Assembly (NCBI RefSeq): GCF_035503745.1
Contig: NZ_DATJTC010000002.1
Span: 14,736 to 78,735 of the forward strand
Length of the DNA stretch: 64,000 nucleotides
Source: Dyella sp.
Lineage (GTDB): Bacteria > Pseudomonadota > Gammaproteobacteria > Xanthomonadales > Rhodanobacteraceae
Direction: 5' to 3'
Below are positions 40,566 through 51,087 of this stretch, piece after piece. The first letter of the stretch is position 1; each line of letters begins with the position of its first letter. The notes under the pieces were generated by a model. The model did not search any database and was not told where the DNA came from. It saw only the letters and a list, made by a program, of their open reading frames with translations. The translations under genes and the position numbers were made by a program.

Positions 40566-40772
40566 TCAGGCGTCGAGGTCGGGAATCAGCTTGCTTTCCA
40601 GCCGCGCGATGGTGTCTTTCAGCAGCAGCTTGCGCTTCTTCAGGCGGGTGATCTGCAGCTCGTCGCTGCCCAGCGAGTGACCCATCTGCTCGATTGCCGC
40701 GTCCAGGTCGCGATGCTCCTGGCGCAGTTCGGCCAGGAGATGGACGATCTGGGACTGATCCTGGGCCTGCAT
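40566..40772 (-). CDS. DUF465/YdcH-like small coiled-coil protein
   Basis: LRQEHRDLDAAI...RLKKRKLLLKD. Confidence 0.88.
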   Translation of the reverse strand: MQAQDQSQIVHLLAELRQEHRDLDAAIEQMGHSLGSDELQITRLKKRKLLLKDTIARLESKLIPDLDA

Positions 40773-40878
40773 GGGGGCAATCAATCGCTTGGGCGGCGGA
40801 AGATAGCCAATTGTAGCGCGCAAAAATGGCGGGAGAGAGGCAGGTACACTATGCGCTTGCCCGTCCGACGCTGTGCCC

Positions 40879-41763
40879 ATGTCCGCCCATCCCGACCTCA
40901 TTCCTTCGGAACCCACACGCAAGCAGGCCTACGAGGCCGGCAAGCTGGCCAAGCGCCTGCGCCATCAGGTGGGTCAGGCGATCGCCGACTTCAACATGAT
41001 CGAAGACGGCGACAAGGTGATGGTGTGCCTGTCCGGCGGCAAGGACTCCTACACGATGCTGGACGTGTTGCTGTCGCTGCAGGCCAAGGCGCCGGTGCGC
41101 TTTGAGCTGGTCGCGGTGAACCTGGACCAGAAACAGCCGGGCTTTCCCGAGCACGTGCTGCCGCAGTACCTCAGCGAACGCGGCGTGCCCTTCCACATTA
41201 TCGAGCAGGACACCTACAGCACCGTGACGCGGGTGATTCCCGAGGGCAAGACCATGTGCAGCTTGTGCTCGCGACTGCGTCGCGGCGCGCTGTACACGTG
41301 GGCGGCGGCCAACGGCGTCAGCAAGATCGCGCTGGGGCATCATCGCGACGACATCCTCGGCACGTTTTTCCTGAACCTGTTCTACCAGGCCAGCCTGAAG
41401 GCGATGCCGCCGAAATTGCGCTCGGACGACGGGCGCCATGTGGTGATTCGCCCGCTGGCCTATTGCAAGGAAAGCGACATCGCCGACTACGCGGCGCACA
41501 GGCAGTTTCCGATCATTCCCTGTAACCTGTGCGGCTCGCAGGAAAACCTGCAGCGCAAGGCAGTCGGCCGCATGCTGCATGAATGGGAACGTACCCACCC
41601 CGGACGCAGCGAAACCATTTTCCGCGCGCTGGCGAATGTGGCACCCTCCCAGCTTGCCGACCGCCGGCTGTTCGACTTCGCGAATTTAGGTTCGCGCGAA
41701 GGCGCCCATCGCGCCGACGCGCATGGCTGGCTGGCAGGAGCCGAAAGCGACGGCCAGCATTGA
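40879..41763 (+). CDS. ttcA: tRNA 2-thiocytidine(32) synthetase
   Basis: SGGKDS PP-loop, [26 protein letters not shown]. Confidence 0.96.
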   Translation: MSAHPDLIPSEPTRKQAYEAGKLAKRLRHQVGQAIADFNMIEDGDKVMVCLSGGKDSYTMLDVLLSLQAKAPVRFELVAVNLDQKQPGFPEHVLPQYLSERGVPFHIIEQDTYSTVTRVIPEGKTMCSLCSRLRRGALYTWAAANGVSKIALGHHRDDILGTFFLNLFYQASLKAMPPKLRSDDGRHVVIRPLAYCKESDIADYAAHRQFPIIPCNLCGSQENLQRKAVGRMLHEWERTHPGRSETIFRALANVAPSQLADRRLFDFANLGSREGAHRADAHGWLAGAESDGQH

Positions 41764-41818
41764 TCTTCCAGCGGACGTTTGGACGTCCATCCATCCATTT
41801 ATCACATCGAGTAAAGCC

Positions 41819-43018
41819 GTGTCCTCCTTTGCATCCGTTGAAATGACCCCGGGCGATCCGATCCTGGGCCTTACCGAGGCGTTCGTGACCGATACGCGTC
41901 CGGGCAAGGTCAATCTGGGCGTGGGTATCTACTACGACGAAACCGGCCGCATTCCGCTGCTCAACGCCGTGCGCGAAGTGGAAGAGGCGCTGGCGCGCGA
42001 GGCCAAGCCGCGCGGCTACCTGCCGATCGACGGCCTGCCGGCCTACAACCAGGCCACGCAGAAACTGGTGTTCGGCGCCGAGTCGCCGCTGCTGGCGGCC
42101 GGCCGCGTGGCGACCTCGCAAACCATCGGCGGCAGCGGTGCGTTGCGCGTGGGCGCGGAATTGCTGCGCAAGGCGCTGCCCAACGCCAAGGTCGCCATCA
42201 GCACGCCGAGCTGGGAAAACCATCGCGTGGTGTTTGCCGCGGCCGGTTTCGAGGTGCTCGACTACGCTTACTATGATGCCGCCACGCACGGCCTGGATTT
42301 CGCGGGCATGCTCGCCGATCTTGGCAAGCTGGAGCCCGGCACCGTGGTGCTGTTGCACGCGTGCTGCCACAACCCCACGGGTGTGGATCTCACCGTCGAG
42401 CAGTGGAAGCAGGTGGTCGCGCAGGTCAAGGATCGCGGCCTGGTGCCGTTCATCGACATGGCGTACCAGGGCTTCGACAAGGGCATCGATGAGGATGCCG
42501 CGGCGGTGCGCCTGTTCGCCGAGTCGGGCATCGAATCGTTCGTGGTCGCCAACTCGTATTCGAAGTCGTTCTCGCTGTATGGCGAGCGCGTGGGCGCGTT
42601 GTCGATCGTGGGCGCCAACCGCGAGGAAGCGCTGCGCGTGCAGTCGCTGGTCAAGCGCATCATCCGCTCGATCTATTCCAGCCCTTCCACGCATGGCGGT
42701 GCACTGGTGGCCGGCGTGCTCAACAGTGTCGAGCTGCGCGCGATGTGGGCGAAGGAGCTTACGCAGATGCGCGAACGCATCCACGCCATGCGCGCAGGCA
42801 TGGTGGAGAAGCTGGCCGCCAGCGGTGCACCGCAATTTGGCTTCATCCAGCAGCAGGCAGGCATGTTTTCCTATTCGGGCCTTAGCAAGGCACAGGTGGA
42901 CCGCTTGCGCGAAGAGCACGCCATCTATGCGATCGGCACCGGTCGCATCTGCGTGGCGGCGCTCAACCAGGGCAACCTCGACAACGTGGTTGCGGCGGTC
43001 GCCGCGGTTATCCGCTGA
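41819..43018 (+). CDS. tyrB: aromatic/aspartate aminotransferase (AspC/TyrB family)
   Basis: NLGVGIY, HACCHNPTG, DMAYQGF, SYSKSFSLYGERVG; GTG start. Confidence 0.9.
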   Translation: MSSFASVEMTPGDPILGLTEAFVTDTRPGKVNLGVGIYYDETGRIPLLNAVREVEEALAREAKPRGYLPIDGLPAYNQATQKLVFGAESPLLAAGRVATSQTIGGSGALRVGAELLRKALPNAKVAISTPSWENHRVVFAAAGFEVLDYAYYDAATHGLDFAGMLADLGKLEPGTVVLLHACCHNPTGVDLTVEQWKQVVAQVKDRGLVPFIDMAYQGFDKGIDEDAAAVRLFAESGIESFVVANSYSKSFSLYGERVGALSIVGANREEALRVQSLVKRIIRSIYSSPSTHGGALVAGVLNSVELRAMWAKELTQMRERIHAMRAGMVEKLAASGAPQFGFIQQQAGMFSYSGLSKAQVDRLREEHAIYAIGTGRICVAALNQGNLDNVVAAVAAVIR

Positions 43019-43033
43019 TTCCCTGTAACCGGT

Positions 43034-43143
43034 GCTCCCTCCCCTGCGTGCAGGGGAGGGTTGGGGTGGGGTAAAGCAATCTTGCGTCCAGGCTGGTGCA
43101 AGACACCCCCACCCAGACTCCCGCTGCAAGCAGGGGGAGGGGC
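43034..43143. repeat. REPIN-like element: two inverted REP-like units around a central hairpin
   Basis: CTCCCTCCCCTGCGTGCAGGGGAGGGTTGGGGTGGGG ... CCCCCACCCAGACTCCCGCTGCAAGCAGGGGGAGGGG; internal TCTTGC/GCAAGA stem. Confidence 0.75.
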
Positions 43144-43176
43144 TAAAACAAACGCACGCATCACGACAAGGTCTTC

Positions 43177-44094
43177 ATGTTTTTCCGCAACCTCACGCTG
43201 TTCCGCTTTTCTCCCGCCGTTGCCGAAGATCTCAAACGCCTCGAAGAGGTGTTGGGCGAGCATCGGCTGCGTCCGTGCGGCCCGATGGAAATGGGTACGC
43301 GCGGCTTCGTGCCGCCGGTCGGGCGCGGCGAAGATGCCGCGATGACGCACCTCGTCAACGCTTGCACGTTGCTCACCACCGGTAGCGAGGAAAAGCTGCT
43401 GCCTGCCGCCGTGATCAACGACGAGTTGCAGCGCAAGGTGCAGAAGATCGCCGAAGAAGAAGGCCGCAAGGTCGGCGGGCGCGAGCGCAAGCGCATGAAG
43501 GAAGACCTGCTCAACGAACTGTTACCGCGCGCGTTCGTGCGCAGTTCGCGCATGTCCGCCTACGTCGACCGCAAGCATGGCTGGCTGGTGCTTGACACCG
43601 CCAGTCGTAAATCCGCCGAAAACGCCTTGACGCAGGTGCGCGAGGCGCTCGGCAGTTTTCCCGCGGTGCCGCTTGCGCCCGAGGAAGGTCCGCGCGTGTT
43701 GATGACCGACTGGCTGGCCGGCGGCAAGCTGCCCGGCGGCCTGGTGCTGGGCGACGAATGCGAACTGCGCGATCCGGCCACCGCCACCGGTGCCATCGCG
43801 CGCTGCCGCCGCCAGGACCTGGACGCGGAAGAGGTCAAGGAGCATCTGCGCAACGGCAAGCAGGTGTTCCAGCTGGGCCTGGTGTTCGACGATCGCATCA
43901 GCTTCGTGCTGGGCGAAGACCTGGTGGTGCGCAAGCTGAAGTTCCTCGATGCGGTACTCGACGAGCTCGGCGACGGCCAGCAGGATGCGGCCGCCGAGAT
44001 GGACGCCCGCTTCGCCCTGCTGACCCTGGAACTGGAGCGTTTGCTGGCCAAACTGGAAGAATGGTTCGGCCTTCCCCGTCCCACTGACAGCTGA
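43177..44094 (+). CDS. rdgC: recombination-associated protein RdgC
   Basis: MFFRNLTLFRF, EEKLLPAAVI, LLPRAF, DECEL, HLRNGKQV..L. Confidence 0.95.
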   Translation: MFFRNLTLFRFSPAVAEDLKRLEEVLGEHRLRPCGPMEMGTRGFVPPVGRGEDAAMTHLVNACTLLTTGSEEKLLPAAVINDELQRKVQKIAEEEGRKVGGRERKRMKEDLLNELLPRAFVRSSRMSAYVDRKHGWLVLDTASRKSAENALTQVREALGSFPAVPLAPEEGPRVLMTDWLAGGKLPGGLVLGDECELRDPATATGAIARCRRQDLDAEEVKEHLRNGKQVFQLGLVFDDRISFVLGEDLVVRKLKFLDAVLDELGDGQQDAAAEMDARFALLTLELERLLAKLEEWFGLPRPTDS

Positions 44095-44223
44095 GACGCG
44101 CGCCAGGCCGGGCTTCCCGCCGGCTAGGCAAAATAGCCCTTGCGCGGGGCCCCCGCCGCCCCACATTCTGCTTGCAACCGGGGGTTATTTCGGCCCCCGG
44201 CGGTAGTACCGAAGGGCAGGATC

Positions 44224-44991
44224 ATGGCGTACCTCGACGGCGACTGGCTGGAGCTGGCCACACCCAGCGGCAACACGATTCGCGTGCTCAAAGCGGCGCA
44301 CCCGCGGGCGCGCCGGCTGCGTCTTACCGTTTCGCCGAAGGGCGCGCGGATCACCTATCCGCAGGGCACCCATCCGTCGCAGGTCAACGCATTCCTGCGC
44401 CACAACGCGGATTGGCTGGAAAAGAAACTGGACGAGCTGAACCTCGTCATCGAACCGCTGCCGCCGCTGCGCGTGGGTACGCCGATCGAATTTCCCTTCC
44501 GTGGCGAAACCACCACGCTGGACTGGGCCGAAGGCGCCTATCCGCGCGTGATGGCCTTCGAGGGCGGCCTTACGCTGGAAATTCCGCGTCCGCACAGCCG
44601 TGCCTTGCCGGTGGCGCGCGGCCTGCTGGCCTCGTATTTCGAAACGCAGATTCGCCGCGACGTATCGCGCTGGCTGGCCGGTTACGTGCCGCAGCTCGGG
44701 CTGGCGCCGACCGCCTTGCGCATCCGCCCGATGAAGAGCTTGTGGGGCAGCCTCGATACGCGCGATCGCATCAATCTCGATCTGGCGCTGGCGCTGGCGC
44801 CGTCGTCCGCCTTGCGTTACGTGCTGGCGCACGAGCTGTGTCACCTGAAGGTGCGCAATCATTCGCCGCGCTTTTGGGCGCACGTGGAGTCGATCTTCCC
44901 CGATTGGCGCGAACAGCGCGACTGGCTGCGCCAGAACGGCGCGATGTTGAAGGCGGAACTGGATCGGCTGATCGCCGACGTCGCCGACTAA
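44224..44991 (+). CDS. YgjP/DUF45-like zinc metallopeptidase
   Basis: MKSLWGS, INL, YVLAHELCHL, NHSPRFW. Confidence 0.88.
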   Translation: MAYLDGDWLELATPSGNTIRVLKAAHPRARRLRLTVSPKGARITYPQGTHPSQVNAFLRHNADWLEKKLDELNLVIEPLPPLRVGTPIEFPFRGETTTLDWAEGAYPRVMAFEGGLTLEIPRPHSRALPVARGLLASYFETQIRRDVSRWLAGYVPQLGLAPTALRIRPMKSLWGSLDTRDRINLDLALALAPSSALRYVLAHELCHLKVRNHSPRFWAHVESIFPDWREQRDWLRQNGAMLKAELDRLIADVAD

Positions 44992-45105
44992 GGGCCCGCG
45001 CGGCGCACCGGCCGTTTACGCGGTGCTCACCTGTGCTGCACCTGCCAGCGGCTACGCTGCCGTACCGTGTATAACTTCACTTAACTTCAACGCAGGGGAA
45101 AGGCG

Positions 45106-45678
45106 ATGCCGTTCGGTACTCTGTTCGTGGGCGTGTGGCTGTTGTGGCTGGGGTACTGGGGCATCAGCGCGCTTGGGGTGAAGCGTGCGGCGCGGGTGGA
45201 ATCGATGTGGTCGCGCTTTGGCAAATACTGGTTGCCGCTGATCGTGGCGATCCTGTTGTTGCGCGGTTTGCCGCCCTTTCGCAGCGCGCTGCTGAACGAA
45301 CGCTTCGTGCCCGAGCTGCTGTGGATCGTGTGGCTGGGTTTTTTCCTCACCGTCGTGGGCCTTGGTTTCGCATGCTGGGCGCGCGTAACGCTGGGCCGCA
45401 ACTGGAGCGGCGTGGTGCAGATGAAGCAGGATCACGAGTTGGTGGTGCGCGGCCCCTACAGCCTGGTGCGCCACCCCATCTACACGGGCCTGCTGTTGGC
45501 TCTCTTGGGCACGGTGCTGGCCGTCGGCGTGTGGCGTGCGCTGCTGGCGCTGGCGATCGTGGCCTTGTCGTTCTGGCGCAAGCTGCGGTTGGAAGAGCGC
45601 TGGATGTGCGAGTTGTTCGGCGATCAATACCGGCAATACATGTCGCGCGTCAAAGCGCTGGTGCCATGGCTGTTGTAG
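45106..45678 (+). CDS. isoprenylcysteine carboxylmethyltransferase family protein
   Basis: LGRNWS, HELVVRGPYSLVRHPIYTG, EERWM; multi-TM. Confidence 0.88.
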   Translation: MPFGTLFVGVWLLWLGYWGISALGVKRAARVESMWSRFGKYWLPLIVAILLLRGLPPFRSALLNERFVPELLWIVWLGFFLTVVGLGFACWARVTLGRNWSGVVQMKQDHELVVRGPYSLVRHPIYTGLLLALLGTVLAVGVWRALLALAIVALSFWRKLRLEERWMCELFGDQYRQYMSRVKALVPWLL

Positions 45679-45686
45679 AGGCTTGA

Positions 45687-46103
45687 TCAGCCTGTGCGCG
45701 GCCCGGGCCATTGCGGCCGCGCGGCCGGATCTTCGACGCTCATGCCCGCGCCTTCGGTGGCGCGAACGGGAACCGAGGCGGGGTCGAACCCCGCCAGGCA
45801 GAACACGTTGATCCCGAAGTGATCGGGTGCGGCGCGCTTGCGATGAAACACGTAAATGCCGCAGTGCCGGCAGAAGTAATGCCTGGCGCGGTGCGTGTTC
45901 CATTGATAGAGCGTCAACGCGTCCTCGCCCTGCACGATGCGCAAATCCCGTTCGGGCACCTTGAGCATCAGCGCGTGGCGCATACGGCACAGCGAACAGT
46001 CGCAGGTGGTGAGTTCGGTGACGGTCGCCCGCACGCAAAACCGCACCGCGCCGCAATGGCAGGAGCCATCGAACGACTGCGGCGCGCGATCCTGCGTGGG
46101 CAT
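45687..46103 (-). CDS. GFA/CENP-V family protein
   Basis: GSCHCGAVRF, CDCSLC, FCRHCG. Confidence 0.9.
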   Translation of the reverse strand: MPTQDRAPQSFDGSCHCGAVRFCVRATVTELTTCDCSLCRMRHALMLKVPERDLRIVQGEDALTLYQWNTHRARHYFCRHCGIYVFHRKRAAPDHFGINVFCLAGFDPASVPVRATEGAGMSVEDPAARPQWPGPRTG

Positions 46104-46105
46104 TC

Positions 46106-47095
46106 CTAGTGCGCCAGCGCGAAGCTGGTCAGCGACTGGGCGAATTCCTGCGGTTTCTCCAGCTGCGGCATGTGATTGCAGCCGTTGAGGATGCTGGTGT
46201 TGATCGAAGGCGCATGGGTCAGGCCGTTGCGCAGGCTGTCGAGCGCGGAGATGTCGATGATCTTGTCATCGCGGCACCACAGGCCCATCGTCGGCATGGT
46301 CAGCTTGTCCAGGCGATTCTGCAGCGACAGTACCTGCGAATCCTCGCGCAGCTCTCTGAAGGTATTGTCGATAAACGTGTGATTGGCGATGTTTTCCTTC
46401 ACGAAAACATCGATGAAGCGTCCCGGCACATAGGGCACGTGCAGGAACGCCAGCGACGTCGCACGTTCGAAACCTGCACGATCGTGGTAGACGAAGGGGT
46501 CGATGCCGGCCATGACTTGCTTGGCGAAGTCGTTTTCCTTGAACTTCAAGCCGAACGAATCGATCAACGCCAGCTCGGCAACGTCATCGGGATGCTCGGC
46601 CGCGTACACGCCGGCGATCGCGCCGCCCATCGAATGGCCCACGAACAGTGCGTGCTGAAGGTGCAGCGTCTGGACGAAATCATTGAGGCGCTCGGCCTGG
46701 TTGTCGATGTTGTAGCTTGCGCCGGCGATGCGCGAGGATTCGCCCCAGCCCGGCAGGTCGGGGATGACGACGCGGAAATGCGCGGTGAGCATCGGCGCGA
46801 CTTTCAGCCACACTTCCTTGTTGGCGGCAAAGCCGTGCAGCAGGACGATGGTCGGACCCTGGCCGCCTTCGTAGTACACCCAGCGCGTGTCGCCGGCCTG
46901 CACGGCGTGCTTTTCCAGTTGCGCATTCATCGCCTCGCGCGCCACCTCGGCCTTCATCAGCCATTGCGGCGCGAACAGGTAGCTGCCGCCGAGCAGGACG
47001 ACAAGCAGCGCGGCGACGATGCCGAGGAATTTCAGCCGGCGCAGCAACAGTCGCTGCCATAGCGGGCGGGCTTGGGGATTGGGTGGCGTGTTCAT
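46106..47095 (-). CDS. alpha/beta hydrolase (lipase-like, N-terminal anchor)
   Basis: LLHGF, PDLPGWG, GHSMGG, CNHMPQLE. Confidence 0.9.
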   Translation of the reverse strand: MNTPPNPQARPLWQRLLLRRLKFLGIVAALLVVLLGGSYLFAPQWLMKAEVAREAMNAQLEKHAVQAGDTRWVYYEGGQGPTIVLLHGFAANKEVWLKVAPMLTAHFRVVIPDLPGWGESSRIAGASYNIDNQAERLNDFVQTLHLQHALFVGHSMGGAIAGVYAAEHPDDVAELALIDSFGLKFKENDFAKQVMAGIDPFVYHDRAGFERATSLAFLHVPYVPGRFIDVFVKENIANHTFIDNTFRELREDSQVLSLQNRLDKLTMPTMGLWCRDDKIIDISALDSLRNGLTHAPSINTSILNGCNHMPQLEKPQEFAQSLTSFALAH

Positions 47096-47176
47096 GATGG
47101 CAAGGCTCGTGCGTAGACGGAACTCGATGCCCCACGCCGGTGCGGTTCGCGCCGGCGTGGGGCGTTGTTTCGAACT

Positions 47177-49033
47177 TCAATGCTGGCCTGGCGTGGCTTT
47201 CGCCAGCAAGGTTTCGACCGCCTGCTGCGTCAGCGGGTGATAGCCGTCCTTCGCCTTGGCATACACCTGCCGTGCAAAGGCGAGGCCGTCCAGCGTCGCG
47301 CTCAGCGCGCGGTACACCGGCACGGTCAAGTACAAGCGGCCGATGCGCGTCATGTGCTCGGCGGCGGCGGGCCACACGGCTTTGTCGCCCGCGCCGATCG
47401 CATGCACGTACCAGCGCATGCCGATTTCCGCATTTGGCGTGCCGGTGAGATGCCATGCCGCATCGAGCGCCTGCATCTTGTCCAGCGGGGGCGTGTTCGG
47501 CAGGCCGTCCAGGAAGTACATCCATTCCTGCGTGTTCCAGTCGTGCGCATCGAGTTTGCCGGCCGGCAGCGTACCGGCGAGGAACGTGGCGCGTTCCTTG
47601 TCGATCGCATCAAAGCGCGGCGAATCGGGAATCGGCGCGTTCTTGGGAATGCCCGTGCCGTAGACCCAGTCCTGCACTTCGTCCCAGCTCATCTTGCCGG
47701 GGTATTTGTCGATCAGGTTGGGCTTGAGGAACGCGAGCATCTGTTCGGTGGTAATGCTCTGGAAAGCGAAGTGGTTGAAGTAGCTTTTCAGGTAATTGTC
47801 GAAGGTGGCGCGGCCGAAGCGTTGCTCCAGCGTGCGCAGAAACCAGGAACCTTTGTTGTAGGCGACATCGGAGAGCGAATCGTCGGCGTCGATGCCGCCG
47901 GGCTTGGGAGCCAGGCGCTGCGCGTTGGGCGGCAGCGTGGCGATTTCGCGCTGCAGCGCATGGATGTCCAGCAGCGCTTCCTCGTCGGCCTGGCGCTTGC
48001 CGTACAGCGCCTGGGTGATGCGGCCCTGCACGTAGGTGGTCACCCCTTCGTTGAGCCAGATGTCGCGCCACGAGGCCGCCGTCACCAGGTTGCCCGACCA
48101 AGAATGGGCCAATTCATGCGCGACCAGCGAGACCAGACTCTTGTCGCCGACCAGTACCGTGGGCGTGGCGAAGGTCATGTTCGGATTTTCCATGCCGCCG
48201 TAAGGGAAGCTCGGCGGCAGCACCAGGATGTCGTAGCGGCCCCAGCGATACGGTCCGTACAACTGCTCGGCGGTCTGGATCATCTTTTCGGTATCTTCGA
48301 ACTCGTGCGCGGCCTTGCCGACCACGGAAGGTTCGGCATACACCGCCGAGCGCGGACCGGTTTCCCTCACATCGAGATCGCCCGCGGCGATGGCCAGCAG
48401 GTAGGACGGAATCGGGTGCGCCTGATGGAAGTCGAAGCTGCCGTTCAAGGCATGCTTGGGATCATTGGGTGCGCTCATCGCCACGCGCACGTCCTGCGGT
48501 GCGCTCACGTGAGCATCGTAGGTGAAACGAATCGCGGGCGAATCCTGCAGCGGCACCCACGAGCGGGCGTGGATGGATTCCGATTGCGAGAACATGAACG
48601 GCTGCTTCTTGTCCGCCGTCTGTGCCGGCGGCAGCCATTGCAGGCCCGAGGCGTCGGGCGAGGTGGTGTAGACGATGCGCACCTCGTGCGGATGCCGCGG
48701 CGCCTGGATGGTGAGCTTGCTGCCCAGCTGCTTGTCGCGCGGGGCCAGTGCATAGGGCAGCGGCGAGGTTTTGCCCTGCGCATCCACCGCCTGCACGCTG
48801 GCGATGTGCAGGTCGCGCGTGTCCAGCACCAGCGAGGCGGCCTTGGGGTTCTTCCAGTCCAGCGTCAGGGTCGCCTGGCCGGCGAGCTGACGGTGCGGAA
48901 AGTCCAGCTTCAGGCTCAGATCGAGGTGGGTGACGCGCACCGCGTCGGGCTGGGCGTAGGAATAGGGGTCGTTGGCATAGGCGGCCACAGGCAAGAGCAG
49001 GGTGCCTAGGGCCAGGGTGCGGAGCGGGGGCAT
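47177..49033 (-). CDS. secreted M1 aminopeptidase (leukotriene A4 hydrolase-like)
   Basis: Signal peptide; SQSESIHARSW, PYGGMEN, HELAHSWSGNLVT...WLNEG. Confidence 0.92.
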   Translation of the reverse strand: MPPLRTLALGTLLLPVAAYANDPYSYAQPDAVRVTHLDLSLKLDFPHRQLAGQATLTLDWKNPKAASLVLDTRDLHIASVQAVDAQGKTSPLPYALAPRDKQLGSKLTIQAPRHPHEVRIVYTTSPDASGLQWLPPAQTADKKQPFMFSQSESIHARSWVPLQDSPAIRFTYDAHVSAPQDVRVAMSAPNDPKHALNGSFDFHQAHPIPSYLLAIAAGDLDVRETGPRSAVYAEPSVVGKAAHEFEDTEKMIQTAEQLYGPYRWGRYDILVLPPSFPYGGMENPNMTFATPTVLVGDKSLVSLVAHELAHSWSGNLVTAASWRDIWLNEGVTTYVQGRITQALYGKRQADEEALLDIHALQREIATLPPNAQRLAPKPGGIDADDSLSDVAYNKGSWFLRTLEQRFGRATFDNYLKSYFNHFAFQSITTEQMLAFLKPNLIDKYPGKMSWDEVQDWVYGTGIPKNAPIPDSPRFDAIDKERATFLAGTLPAGKLDAHDWNTQEWMYFLDGLPNTPPLDKMQALDAAWHLTGTPNAEIGMRWYVHAIGAGDKAVWPAAAEHMTRIGRLYLTVPVYRALSATLDGLAFARQVYAKAKDGYHPLTQQAVETLLAKATPGQH

Positions 49034-49228
49034 CGTGCGGCTTCCGGAGCGTTTTGGAAGCGGCGAGTATGCCACTCCCAACCCGGTCCTGCCCCGTGGC
49101 GCAAGTCCATCAGCACCGCGCGCGGACGCCGCCGGCCGCAGGTTTCGGGGGCAGCTCCCTATCTGTCGCGCGGCCGGCAGCGGCCTATGTTCAGGCATCG
49201 CACCTTTGCGCCGCGCGCCGCGGGAGAC

Positions 49229-49705
49229 TCAATGCCACAGCGGCGGCTTGGCCACCATCAGCCAGAAAATCGCGATGACCGACAAGAATGCCGGCCAGCC
49301 GAGTGCGAACCAGATGCGCATGTATCGGAAATACGCCGCCGGCAGCGCGTTGCCATCGCGCAGCGCGGCGGCGGCCAGTTGTGCCGCGCGCCATTGCAGC
49401 CACACGACCGGCAGCCAGCACAGGCCGGTGAACAGGTACAGCAGCATCGCCGCCTGCAGCCACGGCGCATGCAGGTCCAAGCCCATCAGCCGCATCAGCG
49501 CATAGCCGGTAAGCGGCTGCGCGATGACTGCCGGCGTAGTGAACAGGAAATCGGCGCGCACCGTCAGGCGCGTGGCGGTGGCGATGGCCGCGACCTCGCC
49601 GGTGCGATGCGTGAACCACATGAAAAACGCCGTGCCCAATCCGGTACCAAACAGCAGCGTGGAAGAAAGTATGTGCAGCGTTTTCAGCACGACATAGGCA
49701 TTCAT
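49229..49705 (-). CDS. DUF2269 family membrane protein
   Basis: LKTLHILSSTLLFGTGLGTAF, QPLTG, WLMVAKP. Confidence 0.85.
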   Translation of the reverse strand: MNAYVVLKTLHILSSTLLFGTGLGTAFFMWFTHRTGEVAAIATATRLTVRADFLFTTPAVIAQPLTGYALMRLMGLDLHAPWLQAAMLLYLFTGLCWLPVVWLQWRAAQLAAAALRDGNALPAAYFRYMRIWFALGWPAFLSVIAIFWLMVAKPPLWH

Positions 49706-50994
49706 CGGCGTTCGTCCGTGGCGATCAGCATGGTCAGCGCGACGATGAGCGGCAGATTCTTCAGCAGGCCGCCGAACGGATCAAGCCAGTGCGCCGGCCA
49801 GAGTGTGCCGATGCCCACGGTATAGCCCAGCAACATCGCCAGCATCAGCGAAAGCACCCACCTCCAATGCCAGCGCAGCAGGCATAGTGCGCCCAGCAGC
49901 AGATCAGCCGTGGCGGTGGTTCTTGCCAGCCAAAGCGCCAGATGGGGCGCGATCGCGTGTCCGGATGCGGCGGGCACAACATCGGTTTCGGGCAGCCACC
50001 AGCCCACGATGCCCGAACCGAGCCACAGCAGCGCCACGGAGACGCGCAGTAGCGGCAGCAGAAAATAGAGCCGCGCATGCCAGCGGTCCTGCACGTGGCT
50101 GGGCGATGCACGCAGGACCTGGGCCAGCGGTTGCGGTGCCAGGCCCAGGCTGTCGCGCATCTGTGCCAGTGCGCCGACCGAGCCGACGCTGCCGCGGTCG
50201 AGCATGCGCGAAATGGTCTGGCCCAGCGGACCGCGACCGATCCGTTCGCCGATGGCCGCCGCGATCCGCACCCACACCGGCGACACATTCCAGATGCGCG
50301 GTGTGGCGAAGCCGAACCAGTGCCGCCAGGCGAGCAGATAATCGCGCAGAGGCATTACCTGCGGCCCGACCACCTCGATCACTTGCCGCGCGCAGGCCGG
50401 TGTCGCCAGTGCCGCCGCCACGGCAGCGCCCACGTCGTTGGCCGACACCGGCTGCAGCGGCTGCTCGCCCTTGCCGGGCAGCGGCAATACCCAGGGCAAT
50501 GACGCCAGCGCACGCAGCAGCGATGTGCCGCCATAGGAGCCGTATGCGCTGTATACCAGCGACGGCCGCAGGATCAGCCAGTCCAGCGCGAGCTTGGAAA
50601 GTGCCGCATCGCCGCGATGCTTGGAAGCGATGAACTCGCCATCGGCGGGATCGCCCAGCGCAGAGATCTGGATTGCGCGCCGGATGCCTCGTTGTTCGCA
50701 TGCGCGGAACAAGGCCAGCGGCGCATCCTCGTGGACGGCGCGGAACGTGTTGGCGCCGTCTTCGCGCAGAATGCCGGCGCAGTTGACCACCGCGTCGATG
50801 TGTTCGAGCCGCGGTAGCCAGTCCGATACGCGCGTATCGCGCGCCATGTCGCAGGCGATGGCCTTGAGGCCGGGAAAGCGCGAATCGATGCGCGCGCCGC
50901 GCACTGCGCAAGTCACCTCATGCCCGGCAGCCGTCAACGCGGCAACGATATGCGCGCCGATGAATCCGTAGGCCCCGACTACCATGACGCGCAT
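49702..50994 (-). CDS. NAD-dependent epimerase/SDR with C-terminal DoxX-like membrane domain
   Basis: GAYGFIG, VVNCAG, RPSLVY; C-terminal TM helices with DPFGGLLKNL. Confidence 0.88.
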   Translation of the reverse strand: MRVMVVGAYGFIGAHIVAALTAAGHEVTCAVRGARIDSRFPGLKAIACDMARDTRVSDWLPRLEHIDAVVNCAGILREDGANTFRAVHEDAPLALFRACEQRGIRRAIQISALGDPADGEFIASKHRGDAALSKLALDWLILRPSLVYSAYGSYGGTSLLRALASLPWVLPLPGKGEQPLQPVSANDVGAAVAAALATPACARQVIEVVGPQVMPLRDYLLAWRHWFGFATPRIWNVSPVWVRIAAAIGERIGRGPLGQTISRMLDRGSVGSVGALAQMRDSLGLAPQPLAQVLRASPSHVQDRWHARLYFLLPLLRVSVALLWLGSGIVGWWLPETDVVPAASGHAIAPHLALWLARTTATADLLLGALCLLRWHWRWVLSLMLAMLLGYTVGIGTLWPAHWLDPFGGLLKNLPLIVALTMLIATDERR

Positions 50995-51087
50995 GCGCTC
51001 GCTCCCTGTCGCGCCATGGTTTCAATATCGCAGGGGCACGTCAATCGCCCGGACTTGGCGTTGCGATGGCCAAGTCCCGGGCAGGCA

